In this document: positions 40,234 to 53,980 of the stretch, piece by piece
Numbering within the stretch: the first letter of the stretch is position 1
Layout: the number at the start of each line of letters is the position of its first letter
Source: Hamiltosporidium tvaerminnensis FI-OER-3-3
Lineage: Eukaryota; Fungi; Microsporidia
Assembly: GCA_022605425.2 (NCBI GenBank)
Contig: CM061253.1
Location: 186,001 to 250,000, forward strand
Reading direction: 5' to 3'
DNA length: 64,000 nucleotides
Made by a program: the position numbers and the translations under genes
Notes under the pieces: generated by a model
Database searches by the model: none
The model's input: only the letters and a program-made list of their open reading frames with translations
Told to the model about the DNA's origin: nothing

Positions 40234-40339
40234 CAATTTATTTCTGAATAAGAAATACATTGGGATTTTCAGATCGAAAGGTGGGCTTTGAAACATATAT
40301 TATATTAAAAAATAAAAAAATATTAAAATTGTGGTTTTT
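40234..40339. other. Hairpin + motif module, unit 4
   Basis: CAATTTATTTCT-GAATA-AGAAATACATTG at 40234-40262; TTGTGG at 40329. Confidence 0.75.
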
Positions 40340-43300
40340 AATCGAAATTTTTTAATTATTTAGATTAAATTTCTTTATTTCGTTTCAAATAGAAAATAGT
40401 GTGAAAAAAAAACACAAAAGTCTATATATATTTGTTTGATAGATCAAACAAAACAAAGGGAAATCTTGTCAAAAACAAAGAGTTGAAAATGTTTCATTTA
40501 AATGAATTATCTATGATAAAATCATTTTTATTTATTTAATTGCCAGATTTCGTTTACATATTTCTCTTTAAATTTCAATTGAACATATCTGCGAAATAAT
40601 GGCAAAAATACACGGAGAAAATCATTTTAGCATTTCAAAGATTAATATAGATAGAAATTTACTATTGGAACTCGGAAATAATCAATTAAAAATAATTTAG
40701 ATAAAACTTGATCCGAGATCACATCAAAAAATACACATACAGCGGTTCGGGAATTTAAATACATATACAGAAATATCTCAAAATGATTATAGCCGGAAGT
40801 CTTAATATATTTTATTAAAATTGTTTTGATAGCAAAAAGAGACTTAGAAACACTCTTTTTCCATACCACAACAAATTCATATGAAAATACTTTAATTCTA
40901 GCAATACGGGTTTAAACCTATTTTTAAGATCAGTTAAACCTCTGCGATTCTTATAGACGCAATATTAAGATTTGTGTTTTTCTTTTCAGATGGAGACAGG
41001 ATACCACAAGCAAACAAAGTGCTCGGTCTTAGGAGTTTATAATTGTATAAAAATCAAATTGAATCTAGTGGAATAAATCTACAGCGGATATATGGATTAA
41101 GCCTCTATAATTCCGAGTTACAAACCATAAACAGAAAAAAAAGGAAATCTTTTGTCTTTGTATCCTCGAAACAAGAGTTAAACAAAAATGTAATAAGTAA
41201 GCAATGCCTTTAAATACCTAAGTATACATTCCAGTTCTCATAAATCTCTGGGTTTTGTAGCTGAACAGATAGAATAAACATTTAGTCGCTAGTAAATGTC
41301 ATAAAATTTCGCGGAGATATTCATCTAAACGAAAGGTCGGTTTTTGAGGAAATAAATTAGTTTCAAAGTCAATAGTTTTTCTATTTTATAACAAAAACAC
41401 CAAGTATTTATGCATCGTATTTCATATTCTATATTTTAGGCTTGGTCATAGCTTTTTAAAAAAATCCTGTATTTTTCTTTTAATATATTGTAATTCGAGT
41501 TTACAGTTTATGAGTCATAGATCGTATGACTTGTTTTCCAAAAAACCTTGAAATTCTGATTTACGAATTGATTTTACACATCGATCCTCAGGCAAATAGT
41601 ATTTAATTTCGTAATTCTATCGGTTAGCTGTGTTTCTATAGACTTTTTCAAAACTTCTAATCTCATTAATGAAAGAGAAACATTAGAATTATTGATTCAA
41701 TGAAAAATATAATTAGTTTTTCTTAAAAAAGTATTTTACGGATGTTTTAAGTTTAAAAGTTTTAAAGAAAGTCTAAAATTAGATTAATAAATCAAATTAA
41801 TGTTATTTACTATTAGAAATATTTTATTCTTCAGTTAAAAATTTTTTATAATTTTTACTGTTTTTCATTGATTATATTCCCACTAGTATATTTTCAAGAA
41901 GATTGAACCTAAATTCTTTATAAAATTTCTATTTGTAATTTTTTAATTGAAAGTTTTTTTATATTTTTTTACAGATCGATTGAGTGTTTTTGACTCTATA
42001 AAAAGCCAATTATTTGCTCTCCCATTACTTTTTGTGTTATAAAAGGTACTAAATTCTAATAAAAAATAAACAACATTACAAAAAAAATAAAACGAAATCG
42101 ACAAAGAATTTACTTATAATAAATACAAACATAACCTAAATTTATATAGCTGCCTGCCACAATTTTTTCCTTTACTTCTTTAAAAAAATCTTGTACAAAT
42201 AATAAATATCAAGCAAGCAAATAAAGAGAAAAAAAGCCGAAAACAAAATACAAAAGAAAGATAAGAAGAAATAAAAATAAAACTTCTTAAAATATAATCC
42301 GTTCTTTACAACCATATGTGATTTTCTTCATGATTTTATTTCGAAAAAAAATCCATAGAAATATATATATACGACCGATAAGATGCGTGGATTAAAATAA
42401 AACCAGGATTTGAGTTCAAAAGAACCAAGATAGCTATTTATTTTTTTCTTTATATTACAAATTCATGATAAAATACTCTATAGTTCTATCTTTTTTGTAT
42501 AATTTATTTAACCTTTCTATTTTATTTTCGTATATACAAAAATATTTGCTATAAAACAAATTATCGTAACGAGCCAGATGCGAGAAATATCCGAACCGCT
42601 ATACCGGGTCATATTTCACGACCCTCATTCCACAGCAAAGTTTTCTTTAGAGCAAAATGTTAAAAAATGGATTTTTTCACAAATGCTGCGACTTTATTTT
42701 TAAGAATTCACTGATTAAAAAAATTATAAATGATTTAAGAATCTTTGTTAATATTTCAGCACAATTTAAAGTTTCGAAGAAATCTTAAAAAGACAAAGTT
42801 TAAATGTTAAATAATCATATATTTATTTTAAAAATTTGAGAAATTAAACTTTATCTGTAACAATCCTTATATAGAAAGTAACATCTGAAAGTTCGCAATT
42901 TATATGCATTACGACCAAATAGGCTTAAAGTTTTCTATAAAAACCAATATCGATTTCTTCTATATTTCATCTACCATTCCAATGTTCATTACAAAATAAA
43001 AAAACAATACTTATTTCACAATTTACAACACCGAGGTTTCAAGTCTCCCAGAAAACCATATTTTGCATCTGCCCATGGATAATTTAATCTTACGAACAGA
43101 GAATTGGTGTTTCATTGTAATAAAAATCATTTCGCTCCTTATCTAAATATGTCGAAATAACGGCTTTAGTTAAAAGAAATTTGATAAAATCTATCTAAAG
43201 AACCAAAACTACAGGTATGGATTTAAGAACGAAACTATCATAAGTACATCGTAAATGCAACCAGATATATAAATTATGCCAAAATAAACACGATATATGC

Positions 43301-43702
43301 TTAAAGACTATAGAATTTACTTTTTTTAAAAATTATAATTTTGCCTTAATAATTTCATAATTTTACTTTTGAAATATATTAGGTACCGTAAATCACTACT
43401 TTTTTAAATATTCTTTATTCACCAAAGCTTATTATATAAAAAAAATCATAGGTGTAAATTATTCCATTACTAGAGAACCTTAATAAGCTCACATATATAA
43501 GGAATTTTTATTTCAGCAGCTAGGCGAGAGATTGGTAAATTTTATTTAGCAGGTTATAAAAAGCAAATGTCTACACCGTCTTAGAGTTCATGAATAGATA
43601 GAAATCTGGAGACAAATACATAGAATACGCATTGAAAAAAAAAGTTATCCTAAAAAATGATAATTTAAGATTCGATTGTTAGGACGTAGAAGAATAAAAT
43701 GA

Positions 43703-43803
43703 AATTTTTCGTATAAACAGAAAAATTGCAATTCTTAGCTATAAGATATTCGGCGTGGATATATAAGTAAAAAATATATTAAATATATTAAAATAGTGGT
43801 TTT
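43703..43803. other. Hairpin + motif module, unit 5 (variant TAGTGG)
   Basis: AATTTTTC/GAAAAATT at 43703-43727; AAAATAGTGGTTTT with core at 43794. Confidence 0.7.
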
Positions 43804-45066
43804 GTAAAAAAAATTAATTTAGTATTTTTTTAATTTGATTAAATATAGAATAAAACGATCAAATTTAGAAAAAAATGTAAAAATTCGAAAATTAAGTTTT
43901 TTTATGTAATATTTATCTTTACATGATGCAATACTTTTCGATTCGATTTACTTCTTTTTCTAACGCTTCTTAATTTTATGAATCAACGTATTTCATCATA
44001 GCGGAAAATATCGCGTACAAAATATTTTAAGCATTTGGAGTGAGAATATAATTGAACCTGCGGGTTTATGAAAAGGCTTTCTTATACGTGAAAATACCAT
44101 ATTTGACACGAATTACATACTTTAAAATCAAATAAAATACATCGGTAGTTGCGAAAATTTTTATTCAAAAAATTAAATTAGTGTCATATAAGAAATCTTT
44201 GGCTTTTTAATGAGATAAAATGGAAGTTTTTTTTATTGCAAATCTTTCTAATCAGAACTATACTTTTTGAATAGCTGACATTAATTATCTAAAAAAACAT
44301 ATTTTAGATAATTAAGAAACTTACGTGGTGCTTATTTACTTGCATGGTATTAGAACGCATAGTACAAACATAAGAGCACTTTTTGATATGTAAAACATCA
44401 GATCCTAAGAGTTATATCTTTATAATGGCACCATTTCGATATAAAATCCAAAATTAAGTAATTCATATAATGAAGTTTTCTCTAAGATTATGTAGTTTAA
44501 TATACTATTACGATTCATTAAAATAATTTCTAGTATAACATTTATTTTTTAAATATAGGAAACTTAAATATAAAGCAAAAGAAGTTCTATTAATCTTTTA
44601 ATTAAAAAAGGTAATTTTCACAAAGTTTAGTACAAATAAAATATATCAATATGTACATTTCTCTGATAATACCGAAGTTTTTCTGATCCTAAAATTAATC
44701 GAGTTACATTAAATAAATTAAAAATCCAAGTAGATGATTCAAATCTATTAGGGATTGTGATTAGGTATAGTGGTTTTCGCAATTCATTGTTCTTCGGATA
44801 AATTATAGCAAAACCGTTATAAAAAGAGTCGCAAGCCGAATCTTGGTTTTCTTATATATTTTTGTTCTTAATGAGGACTTGGAAACCATTGAATTTTACC
44901 ATATAGATGCAAACTTAACACATCTTCTTTAAAAAGTTATAAATGATTGAAACTGAAAAAACAACAACTTAAAAAAACATATAAAGAATTATAAGTACAA
45001 GAATGATGAAACTTTTATACGTGAAGGAAAGAGTAGAAGTACATAGAGAAATAAAGTAAAGAAAAA

Positions 45067-45172
45067 GATGAGTTGATCTTAAAGAAGAATAACTTATCAT
45101 TTACGACAAACGGTTGATTCTAAGTAAATTAATATAAAATTAATTATGAAAATAAAAAAGTTGTGGTTTTTT
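45067..45172. other. Hairpin + motif module, unit 6
   Basis: GATGAGTT...AACTTATC at 45067-45098; AAGTTGTGGTTTT with core at 45161. Confidence 0.75.
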
Positions 45173-46499
45173 CAAAAAAAATATTGCCTAGATTTTATTT
45201 TTCTTCGATAAAAGAAACCAAGTATTTTGTGAAATAAACCGTAACTTTTATTAAAATTATAAGAGTTGTATAAATTATAAAAATATTTTAATGAAACTAT
45301 TTTGGCAGTCTTTGGCTTTTCAGGATATTCTAAAAATTTTATTTTTTAAATAAGTATTAATAATTTGTCGATTTGTTACTGTCAAAGCATTTATTATATT
45401 ATTTTCGATGCATTATATTCTGTTATCTTGATTGATTGTGGTTTAATTAACCGAATTGTTGCTCGTTTTAAATATTTTCAGTTTACAGTAAAGAGATACA
45501 GGCATTGAAGTTAAGTAGAGGTATTCTTATATTTCTACTCAGAAATACATACTGCTCGAAAACATATTGATTTGAATCCCTAAATTCAAAAAAAGAAGAG
45601 GAAAACCAAATCTTATAGTTATTTATAGTTTGGTTATGCATTTATTTTTATATGTAAGTGTATTTAATTTGTTATGATTGCATACTTACAGAACATAAAC
45701 ATTTCTTCCGCAATAAAACCTTTAAAAAGGGTTAGCACACCTTGTAAGATCTCTCTATCGTAGATTAAGATTTACTGTTTTTTATAAATAACGAAATCGG
45801 TAATCTTTTACGAATTTTTGTTTTATTTATATTAAAAATATTCTAATATACTATTTTAACCAAAGAAGCAGCTTATTAAAAAGTTTAACGTATATTCAAG
45901 CCACTTTTGTTTTGCATTTTTAGTTGTATATCTAAGAAAAAATGCATTTCATTTAGAAATTCATTTAGTTACAAAGAAAGTAAGATCTGGATATTTGTTC
46001 ATTTTAGGATAAAAACATTTAGCAAACCCTTCAATGTGTTTACAATATATAAACCTGGTATATTCATTAAAGAAGGAATTCATTTTATGTACATATGAAA
46101 ACGGTGAATTATTGTAAGAATACAGATTAGTTGGATTGTGTATGGTAAATAGAAGTAAAATATTTTAGATATCATGGTAAAAATTAGTTTGTATATTTTT
46201 GTTATAGTCTGATTCAAAAATAGTTTATGAATATAATAGACATGTAGTTAGAATGAGTATAACCAAAGTAAAGACTTTCGGGTTGGAGAATGAGTGTATT
46301 GAAAGAGGAGTGAGATCTTTGTTGCCTTTGTGAGGAATATAAGTTACACTGGATCTATAGACCAATCTCCGATAATACCGAGTCAAAACAGAGTAAAATA
46401 GACAAATAAAAAACTTCTATTTGTTTATACTTGACAGCGAAGGGTAAAAATGGTCTTGAATAACTAGGTAAGTAAGTAAGTTAATATAAAGTATATTTA

Positions 46500-47210
46500 T
46501 TGGAAGAGGATTATTACAACAAAAACTTTCTATATGGAAATAAATATGTGAATCGATGTTTGAAATTCTTTTTTTAGATTTTTGGTAAAAATAAAGTCTA
46601 ATAAATTTTTTGTTGTTTCATGGAAATTTGTTTGAGAACGAGGGCGTCTACTAAATGGCTGAACTTTTCACAAATATATTTTAGTTTTATTTTTAACTAG
46701 ATCGCAGATCTCATCTGGACCTGTAGGTAAATGCTATGTAAGAGCATAACTAGCATTGATCGCTCTTGTTAGAAGACCTAGGGCCAATAAAATTTCAAGA
46801 ACTGACCCTCTCAAGCCAGGAAAGCTAAGTAGAAGGTTATACCTGTTGGTATGATATTGCACTGTCTAGATGTACTCCATGTAAGTCTCTGGAATATATC
46901 TTAACTAGAAGTTTGATGGTTTCGGAAGGATAGAGTAAATGGGAATGCAGCATACTCATAAGAGGAGCCCAAGGTGGGCTTCGACCACACTTTATTGAAC
47001 GAAAAATAACGAAAACTAGGCGATTGCCTCGCATTTTTACCGTTTCTAAACACATTTTACATGAAAAAACTCGGGGCGTAGTTTCGGCTGTGATATTGAT
47101 CGAGTATTAAAAAGCAATTATTTATGTTAAACCACGAGCTGCGTTAATCTCAAAAATACAAAAATAACTCATCTCATTATTTCAAAAGATGAGATATTTT
47201 CAAATTAGAA
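46500..47210 (+). mobile_element. Non-coding structured interspersed element, copy B (more diverged)
   Basis: Shares aagctaagtag..ggttatacctgttgg..atattgcactgtcta..gtaagtctct..atatatctta.ctagaagttt and gagccc..gggcttc with copies A and C. Ends approximate. Confidence 0.8.
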
Positions 47211-47243
47211 TGTAAAACACGCCTTTAATAATCAAAAAGAGCA

Positions 47244-47346
47244 TACTTTCATGTAAAGAAAGTACATCTTTTAAATATCCAACAAGGTATGAATAAAAAT
47301 ATTTATAATAAAAATAAATTAAAATATATAAAAATTGTGGTTTTTT
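47244..47346. other. Hairpin + motif module, unit 7
   Basis: TACTTTC/GAAAGTA at 47244-47264; TTGTGG at 47335; flanks homologous to unit 2. Confidence 0.75.
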
Positions 47347-48641
47347 AAGGAAAATATTTTTTAGATTATATTCTTTTTTTTGTAAAAATGTAAATTTATT
47401 TTCTGTAAAATACTAATTAAAAAAATTTATATAAAAAAGAATCGGTTTGATATTGTACTTCTTACTTTTTTTTACTTTAGACGTATACATTCGTTAATGA
47501 TTAGGTTATTTTTTAATTAAGTTAAATGTATTTTAAAAATGATTTTCTAATTATATAAAGGTATTTAGTTATGGTATATGTTACTCAAGTTCTATTAGTT
47601 TATACAGATGACTATATCTAAAAATATTACAGTTATAAAGTAATTCGATATTTTTATGAAGGAACTATCAAAGTTCTTATGTTTCAATAAGTATAATTAG
47701 GAAGTAAAAATAATGTTTTAGGTGTTAATGTTAGATCAAAGTTTATGTGAAATTTAAGGAGAAACAAAGTTGTCAGGTTAAAAATATATAAAAAAAATGC
47801 AAACTATAGACAGAGTATCTTTGATAAATATGAAAGACTGATATGTTTTTAAAATGCATCAACCTTCTAAAATTCAAGATTTTCGATAATTTAAGTCAAA
47901 TAAAAAAATAATGAGATGGCCAAAATGAGCTAAATAAAGTTGAAATTTATTAACGATAACAGTGATCTGGACCCAGTGATAACCACATAATTATTTTTTT
48001 AAATATCTTTAAAAACCTACAAGTTTAAGGAAATTTTACAACTTTTTACATTTTATATGAAGTAAAAAAAACATATCATTTTCCGATTTTTTTTTGAAAA
48101 CTTTTTTTACTTAAGATGAAAGAGCAAATATTATCAAACAATATCTTTCTACGTATTGAAGTTAGAATATAGAAAGCCTCATAGCTACTTAAATCAAAAA
48201 TATTTTTACATATTTTATAAGAATTATTGAATATCTTAGAAGAAATTTTTTGTTTGTACCGACCTAGAAAGGTAGATGCATTTGACCAAGTAATTCATGT
48301 AAAAGCAATTCTATACTCTGGAATAAATAAATAAAAAGAAAAAAATCGTATCACTACATAAGCGAAAGTTTATTCAGTTTTATATGCAATAAAATATATT
48401 AGAAACACATGAATTGAAATATCGCAATTTAATACTAAATATTCCGGAAAATAAATATATATTTCTGAAATATACCATTGTTTTTTATTTTTATTTTAAG
48501 AATTCTAAATTAAATCTCTAGTTCTACAAATAAATTATTTTGAAAAAGTCAAAAAACAGGAAAAGTAATTACATACATTCAATAAAGAATTATATACCAA
48601 TCAGAAAATATAAAAAAAAGATATAAATAAGTAAAAAGTAA

Positions 48642-49985
48642 AAAAAAGGTTTCTCTTGGTATAGAAGAACCCCTTTTTTGCTAGCTGTAGTGTATTTTTA
48701 AAGATTTTATTTAATAAAATTCTGGGTTAAAATATTTTTTACCATTTTTACATGTTTTCTTCTACCTCTTTGACCACTTTTGTCTCTTCTTCCAAATCCG
48801 ACTCTTCATTTATGTTATTGGTGGTTCCTCTGTGGTTCCTCCTTGTAAATAAAGGGGGCTTTATATTTTGGTTTAAATTTTTGGCACCATCTTCCTCTGT
48901 TTTCGCTTCTTTTAAAGGGGGTATTGGTTCCTCTGCATCTCTGATCTCTATAACACCCATTGACGCCTCTCCCAGCTCTCTTGGCATTTAGTCCTGACTC
49001 AGTCCTCTTCGTCGATCAAGGATAGTTTCGACTGTCTTTTTAGTACTATAGACTGAATGTATGCTTCTACATTCATGGGTATTTTAGTCTTTTAAGATGG
49101 ATTTATGGTATTTTGTCACAATACCGTCCCGGTCATCACATAGGGATTATCTCAACACTACACTTATAAATAAGGCCCACTCATTGGTGGGTCATACTTC
49201 TGTTTTCGTTTCACTATTTGAGTGAATCTTGGGTGATTCCTACTTATGGTGTTATCTTTTTTCTTCTTATCTAAAATAAATATGTCGGTCTGTTTTCAAT
49301 TTTAAATCGTTTTATTTGGTGTCCACTCTTATTCTGCTACTCATTTCAGAATTTCTTGAACTGAGTGGCTCCTTATTCGTTTTGAAGACTTAAACTTATA
49401 TCTATTTAGAGGGAAGGTGTGGCATCTAACCACTTCATTATGCCGTTAGTGTAATCATGGCCTGCATTTTTTCACATCTAGTTGCTAGATGATCCACAGT
49501 CTTACCGACTTCCCGCAATGTTGACACACACCATCTGCTCCCCGAATAATTTCTATCCTGGATATAGGAACACGCTTCATTTCGTGGCCTATATTTCCTC
49601 TCTTTAGCCATCTTGGTCACTACACTCCGCTCATTTTTTGCATTATATAACTTTGAATGGGTTTTCGTTTTTATTTCGTTATATAGTTTTGGTTGAGCTT
49701 TTCTAAACTTTTCTTAGTGACTTCTTCTACCAACCTGTACTTACTTTTAAGAAGCCTTTTATTAGTGCAAGATGGGTTTTTTATTTTCTCCCCTTGAGGA
49801 TTGCTGCTCGTTGTTGATATTTCTTTATTTTTCCGCATCCGGTTGAAGCATATGTTCGCTTCGCAACTCAACACTATGTGGCCTCTTCCAAGTTCTGTTC
49901 TGGGTTAAACGCTCTTTCTCTGGAGGTGTATTTTTAAATATATTTATATAAAAATAAATAAATTGAAATTGAAGTTGTGGTTTTT
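48642..49985. other. Hairpin + motif module, unit 8 (split by the LINE insertion)
   Basis: AAAAAAGGTTTCT...AGAACCCCTTTTTT at 48642-48679; AAGTTGTGGTTTTT with core at 49975; spacing is ~60 nt once the insertion is removed. Confidence 0.75.
48703..49925 (-). mobile_element. 5'-truncated non-LTR retrotransposon with C-terminal CCHC knuckle and restriction-like endonuclease (REL; R2/R4/NeSL-type), 13-bp TSD
   Basis: Fragments HSVELRSEHML, RNEA...IQDRN, CQHC..TVDHLATRCEKM..HDY and EAYIQSIVLKKTVETI. GTGTATTTTTAAA is duplicated at 48690-48702 and 49926-49938. AATAAA sits at the element's 3' end. Confidence 0.9.
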
Positions 49986-52477
49986 CGAATCAAAAAAATT
50001 TTAATTTAATTCAATTCTACATAGATTGAAAGAAAACAACAACTAAAACTATCTGCTTAGCATTGAATTAATAAAATGGTGTGCGGATCATTGTTGACAT
50101 TTTGTTAGATATAACCCATACTTGATTTATAAAGCCTTTCTCCATAATCATGAATTATAACAGATTAAAAGGAATAAATTGAAAATAATTCACTCTTCAC
50201 AATCAAAGACCGGACGATAAATCAAACCATTCATGTTTAACGTAAAAGTAATTAATTTGATTGGGAAAATAGAAAGAACTGAGCTTTGAACTCGTTTGAA
50301 TCTTTATATCGAGATTTTTTTCAGAGAGAAATAAATCCAGAAACACTAAAAGATACACCAACTCATAATATCTAAGGACCAAGTGCTTCATCTTACACAT
50401 AGAGGCAATAGCCGAGTGGAATATGTAAGAACGTTAAGTACATGTATAACGATTTTTTTTAACAATATATATTATTCTTAGTAATACAATATAGTTTGTT
50501 GTTTAACATTTTATATTCAGTTACCGCAAGTTTAAACATATTTTTAACGAATAAATTGTAAAAATCATAACAATATTAAAATTTATATTTTTTTATAGTT
50601 TTATTGCATTTTTGGTTTGATTTTGAGACATTAAGTAGCATTTCAGTCTATATTTGTGTACTGAGTTCCAAATTTAATTAATTACTTAAAAATTAATCTA
50701 AAAATTATCGATACTTATTTGATGAACAATATAGATTTTGGTCCATTTTTAGTGAAGAATACGTTATTTTGTTGTTTTACATTTCTTTTATTTCACTCAG
50801 TATAAGAAATTATCAATACCGCTTAATCTAAGTTCAATATTTAAACATTCAAATAAATCTTCTTTTGTTTCATTATAAAATTTCATGTTCGTGTTATTTT
50901 TATCTTATAAAAATATCAAAATCAGCAGACGAATGTACATTTGACTTTTCTTCTTTTATATTTCTCTTATCTTTATATTAAGATTGGCTCTTTTATCACC
51001 TATAAATTCTTTTAATCATACCTAGACATGTTACAGAGGTTATCCCCAAATTATATCTGTATATAGATTTCTAATTAAAAGAGTATGTTCTTGGTCTAGT
51101 TTGTCTCTAATTCTTTATGATTAGCGATTTCTTTTCTTACTTAAAGAATCCCAGTATATAGTATATATTAATATACTAAAAATAGGAATCAAATTTAAAA
51201 ATTCTTTTGGATGAACTTTTTTTCGATATTTTTACATTGACGCTTATATTTTTGTCTCGTATAATTAAAATTTAAGTTTGATTTTTAGATCATTTATAAA
51301 GAATAAAAACAATAGATTGTAAAATCAGTAATAGATTAAAAAAATATTACAGATTATCAAAATATAGAAACGTTTGCCTTAGTATTTTTGTAAGATGACT
51401 TTTTTAAATACAGTCTTATTTTTTTATGTATTTAGATCTAAAGAAATTAGTTAAATTATATTTCTAAATATTTTTAAACCATTATACTGTATTATATAAT
51501 CTATTCATCTTAACAAGACGGCGAATCATCTTCTAGTGTGTATATGATATGAAATGTAAGAGCTAGGTAAAGTTTATAGATTAACAATATGAATTATTTA
51601 CTTTTTTCCTTTTAAAAACAAAACTACTAATAATGGGCAGAATACAACATAAATCAATTTAAGAATTTTAATGAAAAAATATTTAAACTAACTTTTTTTC
51701 GATATCTTTTCTATAGTATAGTGCATTTAATATAAGCAATAAAGAATATAGATTCGATTTTTTTAATTTTTTTTTTAACTAATTATTTTAAAAGTACGAT
51801 TCAATTTTTAAAATTTATAATTTTTTTAAGTTATTTTAAAATAGTTGAAACATAGTAAATTTGAAGCTATGTTTGAAGGCCATTTTTCATTAATACTATA
51901 TGTATTCAAATAATAATTCAACAAAAAAAAATCTTTAGACTAATATAATTGAAATATTATCAAAACCAGTCTAAAAAAACCTGAATTGAAAATACTAAGA
52001 AAATTTCGAGCAGTTATTAGCTTATATAGCAAACGTTATTCAAGCGATACAAATGAATAGCTGCATACGAGAAAGTGAACGAGATGTAATAAAAATAAGA
52101 GGTAAAACAATTCACAATACACAAAAAATGCGGAACTAAAACCGCTGCAAAAGCAAATCCAAGTAGATATGAAGGGTATAATTACAGTTAAAACAGAGAC
52201 ATGTAATTGAATAAAAAAATATTACGAACAGAACATAAGTTCGGATATTAAATACAAAAACACATGAAAGAAAACGGAAGTAGTGGGTTTATATATCCTC
52301 AATTGGAATATTAAGAAATTTGCTTAAAATAGCAAATTTAACAAAAAAATTCAGCTCTGTTTTTGAGTTTTTCATTATATGAAAAATAAAGATCGTTTAC
52401 ACAGGTTTAGATTGGTTACACAATAAATGAGGAGACAAATTATTAAAGCTAGGATACTAATAAATATGTAAAACAGT

Positions 52478-52580
52478 CATACTTCTCGTAACAGAAATAT
52501 GCCTTATTTTACCTCTAGGGTATCTCGTCTGAAAAAATTTAAAGTACAAAGGCGTAGAAAATGTTAAAATTGTGGTTTTT
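52478..52580. other. Hairpin + motif module, unit 9
   Basis: CATACTTCT-CGTAAC-AGAAATATG at 52478-52501; TTGTGG at 52570. Confidence 0.72.
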
Positions 52581-53252
52581 AATTTAATAATGTTTTTTGA
52601 CAATATATTTTTTTTATTTGTTTTAATATAAAGATAATAAGGTTTCAGAATTAAAGAAAGATTCTATCAGATTATATAACAGTAACCAAGGAAATATTAT
52701 AACAAAAAAGAAAATAGAATGTTTTTTGGGAATTTTAAAGATCCGGCTATTTTTCTTCAGATTTAATTATATGTTGTTATGTATCAATTTCTTAGTAGAT
52801 TATGATTTGATTTGCAAAAATAGACATGCTAGTAGTGACATTATAGAAATAATTTTCCTATTTGTGAAGGGAATAGAAACAGAATTTTTTTATGAACAAT
52901 AAAAGACATGTATTTTACAGAACAATTGGAGGTTTAGATTGATTACGAGGAAACATTAAAGATGGTAAATGAAGCGATTCTTAAATTATATAGCGCATAT
53001 ATAAAAACATTTTGTAAGTTCTAAAAATTTCAGTATTTAAATATCAAAAATTTAATGTCTTATTTTATTAAACCTCGGCTTTGACTATTCTTTTTCATCA
53101 CCTAATAAATTCATATACAAACATGTTGATTGTAGCATGTAGTATAAAAAGTTTTATCTAGGATTACTGCAGATACACCGGAGATTCTTATAAGAATGAT
53201 TAGCATAATCGTGTTTTTCCCTTTAAGATAATATAAATTATTGTAATAAGAA

Positions 53253-53980
53253 ACTTGGAGGAAGGATAATCAACATAAAAAATTTTCTACTTGGTAATTA
53301 GAGGGGGAAACTGGTGTGAGGATCATTAATTGGATTTTTGGTGACTTTAAACCACACTATATCTATGGTCATCCTTTGGAGTTTGTACGAGGAATAGAGG
53401 TCCACGAAATAGCAAAACTTTTTCTACAACTTTATTTGTAGTTTGTTATGTAACTAGATCAAAGGGCGCACCAAGTATGTAAATGATTACCATCTATAAG
53501 TATAGAATCCTAGCCTTGCTCACTCGGGTTAGAAGACTTAGCGCCTGGGAGATAATAAAATAAAACACACTAAAAGCCGGGAGAGCCAAGTAGCAGATTA
53601 TACCTGTTGGCATGACATTGCACTGTCTAATTAGGCTCCGTGTAAGTCTCTCAAATATATCTTAGCTAGAAGTTTATTGGGTTCAGAAAGTGTAGAGTAA
53701 GTGGGAATGCTGCATAGTCATAGGGGAGCCCAGGGGGTTCGGCCTTCGATCTTACTCCAGGCAACGGACATTAACGAACACAGGGCAACTGCTCGTTTAT
53801 TAATTAGGTAAATCACACTTGGTGGATGAAAGGCTGAAGACGTAGGTATCGCAGGGGGTACCGATAGAGTGTTGGGGTAGCAGTTGTTTATGTCAAAACC
53901 ATAACTACGTTAATGCCATAAAAAAAATATAACACTTGCCACTATTTTAATAAGATGTGATACTTTTAAATAAAGTTCAC
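53253..53980 (+). mobile_element. Non-coding structured interspersed element, copy C
   Basis: Collinear with the reverse complement of 34265-34990, from gaaactggtgtgag to aacacttgccactatt..aagatgtga..cttttaaataaagtt. Confidence 0.85.
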
